DNA from: a virus
IMG/VR virus record: IMGVR_UViG_3300045988_079665
Length of the DNA stretch: 64,000 nt
Strand: one strand, 5' to 3'
Shown: piece after piece, positions 61,307 through 64,000 of the stretch
Numbering within the stretch: position 1 is the first letter of the stretch
How the letters are laid out: each line of letters begins with the position of its first letter
Notes under the pieces: generated by a model
What the model was told of the DNA's origin: nothing
Seen by the model: the letters and a program-made list of their open reading frames with translations, nothing else
Database searches by the model: none
Position numbers and translations under genes: made by a program

Positions 61307-61316
61307 TCATATTTAT
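61275..61316 (+). terminator. terminator-like hairpin ending the ORF-free transcript
   Basis: CAAAGCAGC (61275-61283) pairs with GCTGCTTTG (61298-61306), followed by TCATATTTAT. Confidence 0.5.
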
Positions 61317-61349
61317 AGGAAAGTAAACGGAACAGAAAGGAATGAGAAT

Positions 61350-62174
61350 ATGTTTTGCCCATATTGCGGCAAGGAAAAGCAAGACAGCCAATTCTATAAA
61401 AGCCCAATCAAAACGGGCGAATATATTAAGCCATGCAAATCATGCGTAACTGAGATATATAAACAAGCTCTTGAATCTACTAAAGACCAAGGCGCGGCAT
61501 TATGGTCAACTTGTATGCAGACTGGCATTCCCATGAGACGTGCTGAATATACGGCTTGTCTTGATACGCTAGAAAAGGCGGCTAAAGGTAAAAAGCCTAG
61601 TCTATTTATGTTGTATCATACATACTTATCAACATCTCCTGATAAATTAACAGGCGTATGGGATAGCGATATGGAGTTGTCTAATTTCAAGGATTTGGGC
61701 GATGTAGCTAAGGGTGAAACAGATGAAGTTGCGCTTAAAGCAAGATGGCGCAAACAATGGGGCGGTGACTATGAAGATGAGGACTGTCAATGGCTAGATG
61801 ATATGTTCGATAGCTATACGGCAGATATATTTGAAATGGATACCGCTATGGAAATGCGTTATCGTGATCTGTGTAAGCTAGAACTTGAACAGTATAAAAA
61901 TGGTGTTAATAAAGACACTCAAGCACAGATCAAAACGTTAATGTCACTACTTAAACTTGATGATTTTAAGAGTAATCAGAAGTCGGACGCGGAACGAGCA
62001 TTTGAGAAACGTATAGCTTGGGTGGAATATACTAAACCATCTGAATGTGAAGATTTGACAAGATTCGTAGATATGGTTGGATATGAAAAGGACAAGGGTG
62101 AAAAGATGCGTAGCTTGCGCAACGCTGTTGCTGGCACTAGAGATTATCCAGCAATCCCGAAGGAGGAAGCATAA
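61350..62174 (+). CDS. putative small terminase / packaging DNA-recognition protein
   Basis: Immediately upstream of and overlapping (TAATG) the large terminase. N-terminal zinc ribbon CPYCG...CKSC. Confidence 0.4.
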   Translation: MFCPYCGKEKQDSQFYKSPIKTGEYIKPCKSCVTEIYKQALESTKDQGAALWSTCMQTGIPMRRAEYTACLDTLEKAAKGKKPSLFMLYHTYLSTSPDKLTGVWDSDMELSNFKDLGDVAKGETDEVALKARWRKQWGGDYEDEDCQWLDDMFDSYTADIFEMDTAMEMRYRDLCKLELEQYKNGVNKDTQAQIKTLMSLLKLDDFKSNQKSDAERAFEKRIAWVEYTKPSECEDLTRFVDMVGYEKDKGEKMRSLRNAVAGTRDYPAIPKEEA

Positions 62175-64000
62175 TGCGCTCTAGGATGGGCGGTCTTAGA
62201 GAATCATTTAAGGCTGATAAACTTCGCGCCGTATCTGGCATATCTAAAAAAATAGATAGTGCCTTAGAAGATAACATCATAGAGTGGACAACTCTATTCA
62301 GACGAAATTGGGATATATTTGCTGAATTTTATCTAGGGATTCCATTAAAACCATATCAGCGTCAGGCATTACATGAAATTGGTGTATCAGATGTGTACTT
62401 TTGGAGAGCAGGACGTGGCGGCGCAAAATCGTTTATTACTATGCTTGCGGCGGTCTGCAAGCTACTATTGTATCCAAACTGTCAGATAGTTATTACATCC
62501 TCTACTGTTGACCAAGCTAATAAGATGGTCAAAGAAAAGCTAGAGAAAGAATTGATAAAAAAGTTATCTCAACTACTTTTGCTTTATTATGAAAAAGACT
62601 GGATAAAAATAACAAAGCCGAACGATGGATATTATGTAGAGTGTACACTTAACAATTCGTCCATTACTGTTCTTGCCCCTGTTGAATCAGCTAGAGGTTC
62701 GCGTTCTAACTTTACCATATATGATGAGGTTGCCATTATGAAGAAAACGGCAATAGACCAAATCTTTGATGGGATGTTGTTTCCAAGGCAACCAAATTAT
62801 TTAAGCAATCCTGCATATTCTGGAAACAAGAGATGGATAGAAGAATCTAAGAGTATATATCTAACATCATCTAAGTTCAAGTTCCAGTGGTGGTATAGAT
62901 TGTGGTGCGATTGTGTAACAGGATATTATGTTGATAAGCGTACTAAATATGGCATATTCGCAACTGACTTTTTTGATAATATAGAAAATGGCTTAAAAAC
63001 ATGGGGTGATTATCGTAGAGCTAAAAGGCAGAACGACGATATATCATTTAGGACAGAATACTTAAATGAAGCGATTGGCGAGTCAGAGGATTCTTTCTTT
63101 AGTCTTGAATCATTTAAGGAAAATCAAGTTATTACAGATGCGTTTTGCCCACCAAAACCGATGGATTTATTGGTTGCTAGTGAATTAGAAGATGACGAGA
63201 AAAAAGACGATGAAGTGCGCCTCATTGTATCTGACTTTGCTTGGACAACAACTGGCAAAAAAGCAAACGAATCGGATAATAGCATTGCTATATGTATAAG
63301 AGCAAAGTGGAAAAAAGACCATTTTGATAAATATGTAGAATATATTGAACTGCTACCAACGGCAGATGACGCAGATGGTTGTGCTGATAGGTTAAAAGAA
63401 TTGTTTTGGTTGTATCAAGCAGACTATTTAGTGCCTGATGCTAGATCGGGTGGCGAAGCGGTTATGATAGCTTTATCTAAACCATATACCAATGAACGTT
63501 ATTCGGCGTTCATCAATAATCATGGCCTAACTATGGCTGATAAAAAAGAATATCATGTGGCTCGACCCGATAAGCTAGATTACTATAGAGCCAATGCAGT
63601 AGACCCAAATGCTTATCCTTGTATCATACCTATTGTTGGTAGTGAAACGCTCAATACGTCTTATTGGAAAGCAACTAAAATGTCACTTGAGAATAATCGT
63701 ATAAAATTCTTGATAGGGATGAGCGATAAGCAAGATGTTATTGTTGAAACTGGCGAATATTACAAATACACCGGCGAACAGATAGCAGATATACTTGCGC
63801 CTCATGGCAATACTGATTTGCTTATATCGGAGGCAGTTAATTTAACCACCATATTCAAAGGCGAAAACATTAAACTGGAAGCGCCGAGAACAGGGCATCG
63901 TGACCGTATTGTTACATTAGCTATGGGTATTTTAATATGTGATTATATTGAAAATGAATGGAATAGACAGAATCATGCTGAAGAATATGATTTAGATGAC
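62174..64000 (+). CDS. terL: terminase large subunit, truncated by the window end
   Basis: Open frame of 609 codons with no stop. Walker A-like RAGRGGAKS, Walker B FTIYDEVA, and acidic nuclease-domain residues (IVSDFAW). Not in the ORF track because no stop lies within the window. Confidence 0.8.
   Translation, partial: MRSRMGGLRESFKADKLRAVSGISKKIDSALEDNIIEWTTLFRRNWDIFAEFYLGIPLKPYQRQALHEIGVSDVYFWRAGRGGAKSFITMLAAVCKLLLYPNCQIVITSSTVDQANKMVKEKLEKELIKKLSQLLLLYYEKDWIKITKPNDGYYVECTLNNSSITVLAPVESARGSRSNFTIYDEVAIMKKTAIDQIFDGMLFPRQPNYLSNPAYSGNKRWIEESKSIYLTSSKFKFQWWYRLWCDCVTGYYVDKRTKYGIFATDFFDNIENGLKTWGDYRRAKRQNDDISFRTEYLNEAIGESEDSFFSLESFKENQVITDAFCPPKPMDLLVASELEDDEKKDDEVRLIVSDFAWTTTGKKANESDNSIAICIRAKWKKDHFDKYVEYIELLPTADDADGCADRLKELFWLYQADYLVPDARSGGEAVMIALSKPYTNERYSAFINNHGLTMADKKEYHVARPDKLDYYRANAVDPNAYPCIIPIVGSETLNTSYWKATKMSLENNRIKFLIGMSDKQDVIVETGEYYKYTGEQIADILAPHGNTDLLISEAVNLTTIFKGENIKLEAPRTGHRDRIVTLAMGILICDYIENEWNRQNHAEEYDLDD

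Overview
This 64-kb window is a slice of a large, AT-rich tailed dsDNA phage. It has Firmicutes-style TTGACA-N17-TATAAT promoters and GGAGG ribosome-binding sites. Long ORFs are intact under the standard code. All functional calls come from motif recognition by eye; no searches or computations were run.

Layout:
- 1-1968 (+): end of a tail-fibre module.
- 2061-34829 (-): one long early/DNA-metabolism gene train. It holds dUTPase, a ThyX-like protein, class II RNR NrdJ, a RecD-like helicase, a RecJ-like exonuclease, DnaG-type primase, DnaB-type helicase and Dam methyltransferase. It also holds a DUF669 SSB-like gene and a Sak4-like ATPase separated by an HNH endonuclease, an intein-containing DnaE-type Pol III alpha, a clamp-like protein, a beta-CASP MBL nuclease, a tyrosine recombinase and HU.
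- 34860-37550 (-): an ORF-free, promoter-driven RNA locus with three tRNA-shaped elements.
- 37560-42133 (-): small early genes plus a SleB-like hydrolase.
- 42150-47280: AT-rich repeat/iteron regions flanking a GC-richer island of small genes.
- 47339-48379 (+): an orphan gene.
- 48436-53222 (-): a second early block (Lar-like, dCMP deaminase, DUF1599-like, DUF4041/T5orf172).
- 53437-64000 (+): GIY-YIG endonuclease, a YonO-like single-subunit RNA polymerase (DFDGD), a TnpB insertion sequence with a putative omega-RNA, two divergent HU-like proteins and a metallophosphoesterase. A second ~0.9-kb promoter-to-terminator ORF-free structured-RNA candidate follows, then small and large terminase (cut by the window end).

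The module content recalls Bacillus SPbeta-type phages (YonO RNAP, HU, DnaE/RecJ/primase/DnaB-like replication genes).

The most unusual signals are the two large non-coding transcription units, the non-canonical tRNA-shaped elements, and the RNAP/TnpB/HU-like cluster.
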